Shown: in pieces, positions 8,783 to 16,523 of the stretch
Numbering within the stretch: the first letter of the stretch is position 1
How the letters are laid out: each line of letters begins with the position of its first letter
Source of the DNA: a virus
Lineage: Duplodnaviria; Caudoviricetes
Reading direction: 5' to 3' (one strand)
Virus record (IMG/VR): IMGVR_UViG_3300032253_000032
Span: 1-26,373 of that record
DNA: 26,373 nt
The notes under the pieces: generated by a model
What the model was told of the DNA's origin: nothing
Database searches by the model: none
What the model saw: only the letters and a program-made list of their open reading frames with translations
Position numbers and translations under genes: made by a program

Positions 8783-8877
8783 AATGCTAACTCTCCTTTT
8801 ATTTTTTGAGTTTCGTAGTAGTAAAAATAGTGTTTTTCTTTTTCTGCAAAGCATGCCTTACCGTATGTCAGGTTCAT
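8770..8877 (-). CDS. Small hypothetical protein (35 aa), not in the ORF track
   Basis: MNLTYGKACFAEKEKHYFYYYETQKIKGELALCGN; ATGA-coupled, fills the operon gap. Confidence 0.45.
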   Translation of the reverse strand: MNLTYGKACFAEKEKHYFYYYETQKIKGELALCGN

Positions 8878-8987
8878 TCGTTTTCACCCCATTTTCTATT
8901 GTTCATTTTGTAAACATCAATGCTAATAAATATAAGTGTTATAACAGCGAGTGTGTTAAAAACATTTAAGCATATATGCTCTTGCAT
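8874..8987 (-). CDS. Small single-TM protein (37 aa), not in the ORF track
   Basis: MQEHICLNVFNTLAVITLIFISIDVYKMNNRKWGENE; GGAG RBS within the parB end. Confidence 0.5.
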   Translation of the reverse strand: MQEHICLNVFNTLAVITLIFISIDVYKMNNRKWGENE

Positions 8988-8990
8988 TTT

Positions 8991-9812
8991 TTATATCTCC
9001 TCTATTGTGATTTTGTATCTTTGTGTGCTTATCTCTTCAAAGTCTTTCGGTTTTTCTATAGTGAAGTACTCAAAAAAAGAATTTACTGAGTAGGTACAAA
9101 AATCATCTTCATTAAAACCTATATCTCTTAATTCCCATATCTTCTTTTTTCTTTTTTTCACTGGGGAAATTTTCTCACTCTTGAAGCTTTTGATATCATC
9201 CCGTTTAATCTCTTTTGACTTGATTTTTTCATATACCTCTTTTTGAGACTGGGCAGGAACTCTGCTTATCTCTTCAAGAACTGACAAGCCGATGTCTTTC
9301 TTTGTGTCTTGTATGTCGGATACTATAGCTTCGTCAAGTTTTAGGATGCCTAGTGCTTTGGAGATGTAGCTTTGTGATTTGCCTATCGCTGTTGCTAAGT
9401 CCTGCTTTTTTACATAGTTTTTACTTAACCAAAGCTCATTTATGAACATAGCTTTTTCAAAGTCTGTTAAATCATCTCTTTGTATGTTCTCAACTAGAGA
9501 AAGTTCTAAAACCTTTTTATCGTTCACCTGTAAGATATGAGCTTTTATAGTTGTGAGTCCTGCATGTAAAGAAGCACGGTATCTTCTCTCACCGCCTATA
9601 ATCATGTACCCATCTTCTTTTTTTACTACGCTAATAGGCTGGATGAGTCCATTTTCTACAATAGAGCTTGCAAGCTCTTCAATGTTCTCAAAGCTTTTTC
9701 GAGGCTGTGCAGGGTTTGGGTAAACTTTTGTAAGCTGTAACTCACTGAACGGGCTTATACCTGTTGTGCGTGTTTTGCCTTTTGTGGCTTTATTTAGGGC
9801 TTGTAGGTTCAT
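8991..9812 (-). CDS. parB: ParB/Spo0J-family partition protein
   Basis: PNPAQPRKSF, GLIQPI, CTP-binding GERRYRA, ENIQRDDL, HTH LATAIGKSQSYIS. Confidence 0.95.
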   Translation of the reverse strand: MNLQALNKATKGKTRTTGISPFSELQLTKVYPNPAQPRKSFENIEELASSIVENGLIQPISVVKKEDGYMIIGGERRYRASLHAGLTTIKAHILQVNDKKVLELSLVENIQRDDLTDFEKAMFINELWLSKNYVKKQDLATAIGKSQSYISKALGILKLDEAIVSDIQDTKKDIGLSVLEEISRVPAQSQKEVYEKIKSKEIKRDDIKSFKSEKISPVKKRKKKIWELRDIGFNEDDFCTYSVNSFFEYFTIEKPKDFEEISTQRYKITIEEI

Positions 9813-10417
9813 TTGAAAACCCCTTTATCTTCAAGCATCTTTAATGCAGTCTGTAAGCCAAACCACCATAAATAAGGTCGTTCTGTTACATGCATACCAA
9901 GCTCATAATCTTGTGCTTCTAAATCACCGCCAAAGTTTTCATAGTTATCGTTCATATACTCAACTACTTGGCAATGATTTTCAAGATAAGGAATTTCAAT
10001 ATCATCATAAGACTCAAAAACACCACTCTCTTTTAGGTTTTCAATAAATTCACTACATTCTTTTTGAAATAACTCAGCATCAAAATCTTTTATTCCCTCT
10101 CTTGGTACAGCTTCAAGTTTAGAAAGTACATATCCAAAGCTATTGAAAGTTCCATAAGCTAATATGTGGTTTTTTGGATTATGCCAATTAAAAGAAGCAT
10201 TGCCATAATCTCCTTGTATAGTTAAAACCCCATCTATATAAACAAACTTCATAGCTCCCTCTGAAGAAAAAAGATTTTTAAAATCAATAATGCAGTCATT
10301 ACCATCTTCAAGACTTGTGTAAAAAGCTTTATGATTTTCAAAAGTATCGCTATTCTCTTTTTTATACTCATCAAAATCTTTATATTCCCACATCTTTTTA
10401 TTTTTTAATAAGCTCAT
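9809..10417 (-). CDS. Conserved hypothetical phage protein inserted between parA and parB
   Basis: 202 aa, overlaps both par genes; IQGDYGxxxxxW...YxxSKL motif shared with 2552-3220. Confidence 0.8.
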   Translation of the reverse strand: MSLLKNKKMWEYKDFDEYKKENSDTFENHKAFYTSLEDGNDCIIDFKNLFSSEGAMKFVYIDGVLTIQGDYGNASFNWHNPKNHILAYGTFNSFGYVLSKLEAVPREGIKDFDAELFQKECSEFIENLKESGVFESYDDIEIPYLENHCQVVEYMNDNYENFGGDLEAQDYELGMHVTERPYLWWFGLQTALKMLEDKGVFK

Positions 10418-11009
10418 CTCTAACCCCTCTTATCTCTGCTATCGCATTGGCATGAGTTGTGTCAAATACACTTGCACCTACTCCAAGAGTAGTTTTGTAA
10501 ACCTTTCGGCTTCTTATAACCGTGTTGAGCAGTTTGTATTTATCCCCCACCGCTTCTTTAATGATGTCAAAGTTTTTGGTTAGTGGGTGAATGTTATTTA
10601 GGACTACGTTTATTTCATGGTCACCCAAGATGAGTTCGTCTAAAATATCCTTGAATGTTTGAAAGCCTATGACTTCTGACATACTGTCACTTATAGGGAT
10701 GAGTATTTTATGAGAGAAGTCTATAGCTGTTCTGTTCAGGTCGTTGTCGAAACCGCCAACATCAATGATAGTTATATCTGTTGGTGTTGTTGGGTGAAGT
10801 AACTCTTTAATTAGAATTTCTACGGTTTTTGGTTGTAAAACTATGAAAGTATCTGTGCCTCTAATGGTGTTTATGAAAAAGAGCGTTTGTTGGAAGTCTA
10901 AGTCTATGATAGTGACTGTTTTTCCAAGCTCTTTAAAACTATGTGCTACGTTCCAAGTTAGAGTGCTTTTGCCAACTCCACCCTTTGTATGTGCTACTGT
11001 AATTATCAT
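10398..11009 (-). CDS. parA: ParA-family partition ATPase (short type, no N-terminal HTH)
   Basis: Deviant Walker A KGGVGKST, DLDFQ, Walker B IIDVGG. Confidence 0.93.
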   Translation of the reverse strand: MIITVAHTKGGVGKSTLTWNVAHSFKELGKTVTIIDLDFQQTLFFINTIRGTDTFIVLQPKTVEILIKELLHPTTPTDITIIDVGGFDNDLNRTAIDFSHKILIPISDSMSEVIGFQTFKDILDELILGDHEINVVLNNIHPLTKNFDIIKEAVGDKYKLLNTVIRSRKVYKTTLGVGASVFDTTHANAIAEIRGVRDELIKK

Positions 11010-11088
11010 CTTCTAACCCCTTTCGTCCGTAATTGTATATTTAATAATCGTAATAACTTAGTACTCTATGTGTACAAGTTAATTTCAT

Positions 11089-11736
11089 TTACCAAATTCT
11101 TTTGTTTTTCCCGAGGGAAATTTCCTCATTTGTGACTATTGCATAGCGTGCTGTAGTAGCTATGTTCTTATGTCCTATATCCTGACGGATATGTTCTAAA
11201 CTGAGGTCAAGTTGGTGTGATGCGGTTATGTAGCCAGCTCTGAAACTATGTGTGGAGTAGAGTTCTCCTAGTATGGAATGGATAAATTTGTTCATCATGA
11301 TGGTAAATGCCCCTGTGGTCATGGGCTTGTTTGTGTTGTTCTTTGCAAAAATGAAAACATCATTTTTTGGGAGTATCTTTTTTAAGTACTCTATTTGAAG
11401 TTGGTTGGAGTCAAAACTTATGAGCCTTGAAGTTTTGGTTTTGGTTTTGTTGGTGAGAGAGTACTCGTTCTCTTGTATCATCTGCTGCACATCTTTTGCG
11501 CTGAAGTTTACTATCTCGCTGATGCGACAACCAGTGAGATATAGAAGTGTAAAGGCACTTGTAAACTTTCTTTTTGTCGCTGGGTGTAATGATAGGCTTT
11601 TGTTAGTTGCATTTATGAGCCTATCAAACTCTTTTTTAAGTATGGGTTTTTTGGCTCTAGTTGTTCCTATGTTTCTGCCTATCTGGGGTTCACCGTTTTC
11701 TATACGGGTTTGGTTCTTTGGTTTTTTTTTTGGCAT
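11089..11736 (-). CDS. Short tyrosine recombinase (resolvase/invertase-like, catalytic domain only)
   Basis: LYLTGCRISE, KTK, HSFR, IGH...TTARY; 215 aa without an obvious core-binding N-domain. Confidence 0.9.
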   Translation of the reverse strand: MPKKKPKNQTRIENGEPQIGRNIGTTRAKKPILKKEFDRLINATNKSLSLHPATKRKFTSAFTLLYLTGCRISEIVNFSAKDVQQMIQENEYSLTNKTKTKTSRLISFDSNQLQIEYLKKILPKNDVFIFAKNNTNKPMTTGAFTIMMNKFIHSILGELYSTHSFRAGYITASHQLDLSLEHIRQDIGHKNIATTARYAIVTNEEISLGKNKRIW

Positions 11737-11830
11737 AGGTATTCCTTTGTTGTAAGTTTTGTTTTTTTGATTTGTTAGTGTGGGTACTGAGTGGAAGTAA
11801 TAGCTATATTTTAAATTGTGGTAGTTTTTT

Positions 11831-11852
11831 TTAAGTTTTAGTTGTGTATAAT
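11831..11852 (+). promoter_or_regulatory. Putative sigma70 promoter
   Basis: TTAAG...TATAAT preceded by a T-tract, the Campylobacterota-style promoter pattern. Confidence 0.5.
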
Positions 11853-11970
11853 GTTTACTCGAACCGACACACTTAGTGTATTTAAATGAAAATTTAAATG
11901 TTGAGACGAAGAAGAAAGAAATTTCTCTACCGTTTTAAACTTTCTTGAACCGACACGCGTGGCGTGATTT

Positions 11971-11999
11971 GCTTAGAGTTTCGGCTCTAAGCTTCTTTT
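11971..11999 (+). terminator. Intrinsic terminator hairpin (possibly bidirectional)
   Basis: GCTTAGAG-TTTCGG-CTCTAAGC followed by TTCTTTT. Confidence 0.6.
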
Positions 12000-12028
12000 A
12001 AAACTCAGCAGAAGATAAATTATAAGCC

Positions 12029-12463
12029 TTATGCTGGCGGTGCTGAAAATTCAATATTGCCATGGAAATTAAAAAACACTTCATTTTTCTCGTTTAAAAA
12101 GAAAATAGACATTGGCTCAAAGTCACTTTTAAGAGCATGGAAATCTCCGCCGGCTACATATTTCATATCTGCACTTATTGTAAATACTTTTTTACTTTCG
12201 TCTATCCAGCAAATAATTTCTATTTTAGGTTTAGACTCTAAAAGTTTGTAGCAGTACCAAATATGTCCATTAGTATCTTCGTAGCTTTTATCCACACTAA
12301 AATCTGGAATAATATTCATAGTATGTTTAAGAACGTCTACAATTGTGTCTACTAGGATACCTCTCGGAACCATCACTTCTAAATGCGTTTGAGTTATTTT
12401 ATAATTTTCATCTTCTACCAGCTCATAGTTACTTAGAAGTTCATTTGTAATTTTTGTTTTCAT
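12029..12463 (-). CDS. Hypothetical phage protein
   Basis: 144 aa, AAGGAAGG RBS. Confidence 0.8.
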   Translation of the reverse strand: MKTKITNELLSNYELVEDENYKITQTHLEVMVPRGILVDTIVDVLKHTMNIIPDFSVDKSYEDTNGHIWYCYKLLESKPKIEIICWIDESKKVFTISADMKYVAGGDFHALKSDFEPMSIFFLNEKNEVFFNFHGNIEFSAPPA

Positions 12464-12521
12464 TTTGTCGCCTTCCTTTTATTTTAAAATCTTCTATATA
12501 GTTTATAATAAACCTACTAAA

Positions 12522-12677
12522 TTAATAATTACCATTCAAGATTTCTAAAGCTCTTTGCTCGTCTATCTCTTGCCCTGTAGTAGGGTTTATGTATGATGTT
12601 CCAAAAAGTGAGCGTATTACTGTTACATGTTCTTCTGCAAACATCTTTTTGATGTCTCTCATTGTTGGTCGTTTCAT
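12522..12677 (-). CDS. Small hypothetical protein (51 aa), not in the ORF track
   Basis: MKRPTMRDIKKMFAEEHVTVIRSLFGTSYINPTTGQEIDEQRALEILNGNY; GGAG RBS. Confidence 0.65.
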   Translation of the reverse strand: MKRPTMRDIKKMFAEEHVTVIRSLFGTSYINPTTGQEIDEQRALEILNGNY

Positions 12678-12848
12678 TTTTTAACTCCATTTTTTTTATT
12701 TGAGATATAATTACTCAATCGGTTACAATCGCTGAACTTGTAACCTGTTGAATATTCATAATGTTAAAGTACTTTTGCAGATAGCTGATAGAATCGTTCT
12801 TCGACTATTTCTAGCCAGCTATTTGTTTGCTTTATGAGCTTTTTCATT

Positions 12849-13061
12849 TTAGTTTCCCCCTTTTAAAGATTTACTCATCTCTTTTTCCATGTTGTCGAGC
12901 TTTTGTATGGTGCTCCATAGAATAGAGGAAGTTCCTTTTATGGCTACATCTTCCCCTTTGTGTTCTATTTCGCTTATGGTTTTTTCTGCTAAACGCAGCA
13001 TGCTTGACATGTCAGCTAGTGTATCTCTGCTTTGAAAAACAAGTTCTTTTAGTGTTATCAT
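12849..13061 (-). CDS. Hypothetical helical protein
   Basis: 70 aa, AAGGA RBS. Confidence 0.75.
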   Translation of the reverse strand: MITLKELVFQSRDTLADMSSMLRLAEKTISEIEHKGEDVAIKGTSSILWSTIQKLDNMEKEMSKSLKGGN

Positions 13062-13072
13062 TTTGTTTTTCC

Positions 13073-13270
13073 TTAATAAATATAAAATGAATCAGTTGCT
13101 TCATCTGGGTATACTTCAAAAGAAATATAATTTGTGTCTATACCTACTGCGAATAGTGTACTCTCAGCATCATCTGCTTGATAAACCTTACAATCATCCA
13201 CTTCTTGAATGAAACTCCAACTACTTACACCTAATGTCTTTGTTACTTTTATGTCTTGATACTCGTTCAT
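13073..13270 (-). CDS. Hypothetical acidic protein
   Basis: 65 aa, AGGG RBS; first clear gene of the leftward operon. Confidence 0.7.
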   Translation of the reverse strand: MNEYQDIKVTKTLGVSSWSFIQEVDDCKVYQADDAESTLFAVGIDTNYISFEVYPDEATDSFYIY

Positions 13271-13422
13271 CTTTCCCTACCTTGGTATAAAATCTGTATT
13301 GCATTTCTAAAAACACAATATCAATCCTATAGATTTAGCTTAATTTGTTCGGTAGCAACCCGATAGACCTTTACAGGACTTACGATTTTTAACATTTTTA
13401 AGATTTTTTACTTTGATAAAAA

Positions 13423-13513
13423 CACTATATAAATGTCCTTAACGACATAATAGCACTATTTTAATGTGTTTGTCAAGCCTATGACACATTAAAATAGTGT
13501 TTTGTGCTATAAT
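13423..13513. promoter_or_regulatory. Divergent promoters with operator inverted repeat
   Basis: Minus strand TTGACA-18 nt-TATTAT with extended TG (13447-13476); plus strand TGCTATAAT (13505-13513); perfect 16-bp IR CACTATTTTAATGTGT (13454-13469) / ACACATTAAAATAGTG (13484-13499); degenerate third copy at 13423-13436. Confidence 0.75.
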
Positions 13514-13538
13514 CTACACACAAATAAGTTAATAAACA

Positions 13539-13790
13539 ATGGAATTACAAATGAAAAATGAACAATTTGAAGAGTTATTGGAACAAGCAAAGATAAATAA
13601 AACAGAGTTTGCAAGTTTAGTTGAGATGAACTATACAAGCGTGACAAATTGGAACAAGTCGGATAATGTTCCTCAGTGGGTAAAGAGCTGGTTGGAGAAC
13701 TATATAGAGATGCGTAAACATGAAGCACTAAAAAAAGCTTTTATAGATAGCGGTATTTGCGAGCAGTTGTCAGTGATAAACAAGATATAA
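13539..13790 (+). CDS. XRE-family HTH transcriptional regulator
   Basis: INKTEFASLVEMNYTSVTNW...VPQWVKSWLENY HTH pattern. Confidence 0.8.
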   Translation: MELQMKNEQFEELLEQAKINKTEFASLVEMNYTSVTNWNKSDNVPQWVKSWLENYIEMRKHEALKKAFIDSGICEQLSVINKI

Positions 13791-13818
13791 TAGTTTAAAT
13801 TATATCTAGGGGTTAGGG

Positions 13819-14193
13819 ATGAATAAAACAATAGTTGCAGCTGTGGCATTTAACTTGTTCTTTGGTGTGCTATATGCAGATGATTTACTGGAATATACTT
13901 GTGCAAGACCTATCAAGCCAGCTAAGTTTGTAGAAAATAGAGATGTTGAACGCTACAACAAAGATGTTCAGAACTATAGAGGCTGTATGGATGAGTTTGT
14001 GGCTAAGAATAAAGAGATTGTAGATGCTCACACTACCGCAATTAAAGAAGCGATTAACGACTGGAACGGATTTGTTGCAGGAACTAAGAAGAAACAGAAA
14101 GAAGATAGGAAGTTTGTAGGGGAAAAAACAGGCGTAAGCCATACTGTTGGGCAAAGCGACCCTTATAAACTTACTACAGGGTTTAAATTTTGA
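13819..14193 (+). CDS. Secreted/periplasmic hypothetical protein (moron)
   Basis: Sec-type signal peptide MNKTIVAAVAFNLFFGVLYA; two Cys (CARP...RGC). Confidence 0.8.
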   Translation: MNKTIVAAVAFNLFFGVLYADDLLEYTCARPIKPAKFVENRDVERYNKDVQNYRGCMDEFVAKNKEIVDAHTTAIKEAINDWNGFVAGTKKKQKEDRKFVGEKTGVSHTVGQSDPYKLTTGFKF

Positions 14194-14531
14194 ATAAGAT
14201 GATTATCCTTGGGCTATTGGCTGGTTCTTTCCTGCACTCTCAGGAATACATATATAAGTTTTTAAATAATACTATGCCAAACATTAGAGTAGAAAAAGAT
14301 AGCGGAAAAGTAGAAGTGTATAGTGACATAACAAAAATTACGTTTACAGATACAATGCTGCACAACATACATAAAGAATTATATAAAGATTTGAAATATG
14401 AAGACTTTAAGCATAAAGTAGAAGAAAAGTACAAAAATATTGAATTTAAATCAAACGAACAATTTAGATGGATAGAATATAATCAGTATCTTGAGATAAA
14501 AAAACTAAAAGAATTTGATACTAAATTCTAG
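14190..14531 (+). CDS. Secreted hypothetical protein (moron)
   Basis: TTG start overlapping the previous stop; N-terminal hydrophobic signal-like segment. Confidence 0.7.
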   Translation: MNKMIILGLLAGSFLHSQEYIYKFLNNTMPNIRVEKDSGKVEVYSDITKITFTDTMLHNIHKELYKDLKYEDFKHKVEEKYKNIEFKSNEQFRWIEYNQYLEIKKLKEFDTKF

Positions 14532-14565
14532 CAATTATACAAGCTACTCTCAAAAAACTCTTCAG

Positions 14566-15360
14566 GTGTGTATATGTACACACAAAATCATTATCGTGCC
14601 TCCTAAAGCAGATATGAGAGCCTTTTTTCTCTACAAACTCCCAAAAACTGCCACTTTCCTACCAATCCACAAAAATCTCTGCCCTTTCGCCAACACCAAA
14701 AAATTCGCCGCCATTTGCGATTTTTTTTACTGTTTTTAAGGTTATTCCGATTTTTTCCGAGTTCTCAGGATTTTAAGAAGATGCTTTTATATAAAGATGG
14801 TGAACTTGGATTTATTTGAGTTCATTATCCGTAGATATGACCATATTTACGGAGGGAATTGGTGGGTGGTTTGGTTTTGTCAGATATTTTCGGAAGTTTC
14901 GGGTTTCGGGAGTGGGTTTTAGTTGATGATTTGGCAGGGAAATGATGAGTGAATGATTAAAATGTCAGGAACTTTGATGTAAATAGTTGGAACTTCGCTT
15001 GAAATGTTTGGATATATCTCTAACATTGATGTCGTGAACATAATTATTTTCTCGGGGGAAAAAGTAGTAAAACATATTAATTTGTTTCTTTTAATATGTT
15101 TTATTTAAGTTTATGCTGTATTTTCTTAAGAATAGTACATAGTTTAAGGTTCGGAGCTGTTTTTGATGCTTTTTGGCTTAAGGTTAGAGTAGTTTATGAT
15201 GATGAGCAGTTAGATAATATGGTGCTGTATGACCCTGCTTTTTCTGATTTTTGAATCTGACTTTTTAGGGGGTACCCCAATTCCCCAACCCCTTAACCTC
15301 TCATATCTATATATGAGAGAATCGCGCTATGAATTATAAAATTTTAGTCAAAAAAAATTT
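14566..15360 (+). other. Long non-coding structured region (candidate ncRNA, ssDNA origin or packaging signal)
   Basis: No credible ORF; many hairpins, several with G-U/G-T pairs possible only on the + strand; C-rich to G/T-rich skew switch. Confidence 0.55.
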
Positions 15361-15382
15361 CAAATGGCGGCGAACTCTACTC

Positions 15383-15510
15383 TTCCAAAAGTTGGAACTG
15401 TCTGTGCCAAAAGGTGGAATAGCACTGTTCCAAAAGTTGGAAACAATAAATATAACCAACCTATAAGCAATAAAATAACTAAAGAGATTTCTTTTTTCTT
15501 TTCTTTTTTT
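15383..15510 (+). repeat. Putative replication origin: three iterons plus AT-rich unwinding tract
   Basis: TTCCAAAAGTTGGAA (15383), TGCCAAAAGGTGGAA (15405), TTCCAAAAGTTGGAA (15428), period 22-23 bp, followed by an A-rich then T-rich tract. Confidence 0.65.
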
Positions 15511-15521
15511 AAGAGCAAGAG

Positions 15522-16196
15522 CTACAGTTTAGATATCTTCATATTTGCTATCACTCTTCCAATAATTTTAAAGTCCTCACAATCAGCATCTATTTGGGGA
15601 AATATAGGATTATCGGATTTTAAAAAGATTGCTTTTGACTTAGGCTCTATAAATAATCGTTTTACATAAACCTCTTCACATAAATATATAACATATATTT
15701 TACCCTCTATAGGCTGTATATCATTTTTATCAACAAAGATAATCTCTTCATCTTCTATGGTCGGACTCATAGAGTTCCCAGCCACTTTAATAGCATCTAT
15801 CTTTTTACTAGATGATGGAATCATACTTGGAGCAAGTGTAATATATGTCGGTTTACAATCGCTGTTTGTGCATCCATACCCTGCACTGGCATTGATATCT
15901 TTGTAGTATGGGATACTTATCCCACTGTTGAGTAAACCTGATGTAATGGAGATATCATGCAATAATAAATCTCCTGTATTTTGCATCATATCTCCCGTTC
16001 CACTCTCTAACCACTCATAATTGAATCCGTATTTATTTGTTAAAATCAAAATATCTCTTGGTTTCATATGCTTAGTATTTCCCTGCTCCCACGCTTTTAT
16101 CTTGCCATCAGTACACCCAAATATGTCTGCTAGCTCTACTTGATTGACACCCAGTGTTTTTCTTACAAGTCTTATTCTATCCGCTAAATCATTCAT
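15522..16196 (-). CDS. CI-like phage repressor (XRE HTH + S24 peptidase)
   Basis: N-terminal HTH (NQVELADIFG...AWEQG), A-G cleavage site SAGYG, catalytic GNSMSP and VKRL. Confidence 0.95.
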   Translation of the reverse strand: MNDLADRIRLVRKTLGVNQVELADIFGCTDGKIKAWEQGNTKHMKPRDILILTNKYGFNYEWLESGTGDMMQNTGDLLLHDISITSGLLNSGISIPYYKDINASAGYGCTNSDCKPTYITLAPSMIPSSSKKIDAIKVAGNSMSPTIEDEEIIFVDKNDIQPIEGKIYVIYLCEEVYVKRLFIEPKSKAIFLKSDNPIFPQIDADCEDFKIIGRVIANMKISKL

Positions 16197-16312
16197 GATA
16201 TCTCCTATTTTTAGATTATCTAATATCTGTTTAAGTATTAAAACAGTAAACTTACGGATATTAAACTATAAATTAAAGTATATTATATCTAACTTATGAG
16301 GGAAAAAAGCTA

Positions 16313-16522
16313 ATGTGCAAGAACTACTTTACAAAAAAAGAGGTTGAAGCTTTACTAAAAATTTCTCAGAAGACCTTAGAGTCCCTAATGACTAGAGGGA
16401 AAATAGAATATTTTAAGATTAATGGCAGAGTTAGGATATCAGAGGCTCAAATAGATTGTTATATAAAAGCAAATACAGTTGAAGTAATACCGCCAGAAAA
16501 AAATCAAATGGCGGCGAATTAA
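16313..16522 (+). CDS. Excisionase-like/HTH_17 DNA-binding protein in the Cro position
   Basis: YFTKKEVEALLKISQKTL...GKIEYFKINGRVRI winged HTH; divergent from the repressor. Confidence 0.85.
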   Translation: MCKNYFTKKEVEALLKISQKTLESLMTRGKIEYFKINGRVRISEAQIDCYIKANTVEVIPPEKNQMAAN

Positions 16523-16523
16523 T

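Noticed and set aside
14515-14739. 74-aa ORF in the structured region
   Set aside because: TTG start, no convincing RBS, low-complexity skewed sequence
15068-15319. N15-like telRL hairpin telomere site
   Set aside because: The palindromes are short (13-bp arms at most) and no protelomerase is recognisable
14704-15374. IS or MITE bounded by the 25-bp inverted repeats
   Set aside because: No transposase, no evident target-site duplication, and solo copies of the core occur inside genes
15383-15442. Mini CRISPR array
   Set aside because: Repeats are 15 bp with 7-8-bp spacers, far too short, and no cas genes are present
15364-15669. 101-aa + strand ORF as a real gene
   Set aside because: No RBS, runs through the iterons and overlaps cI antisense; more likely incidental or a relic
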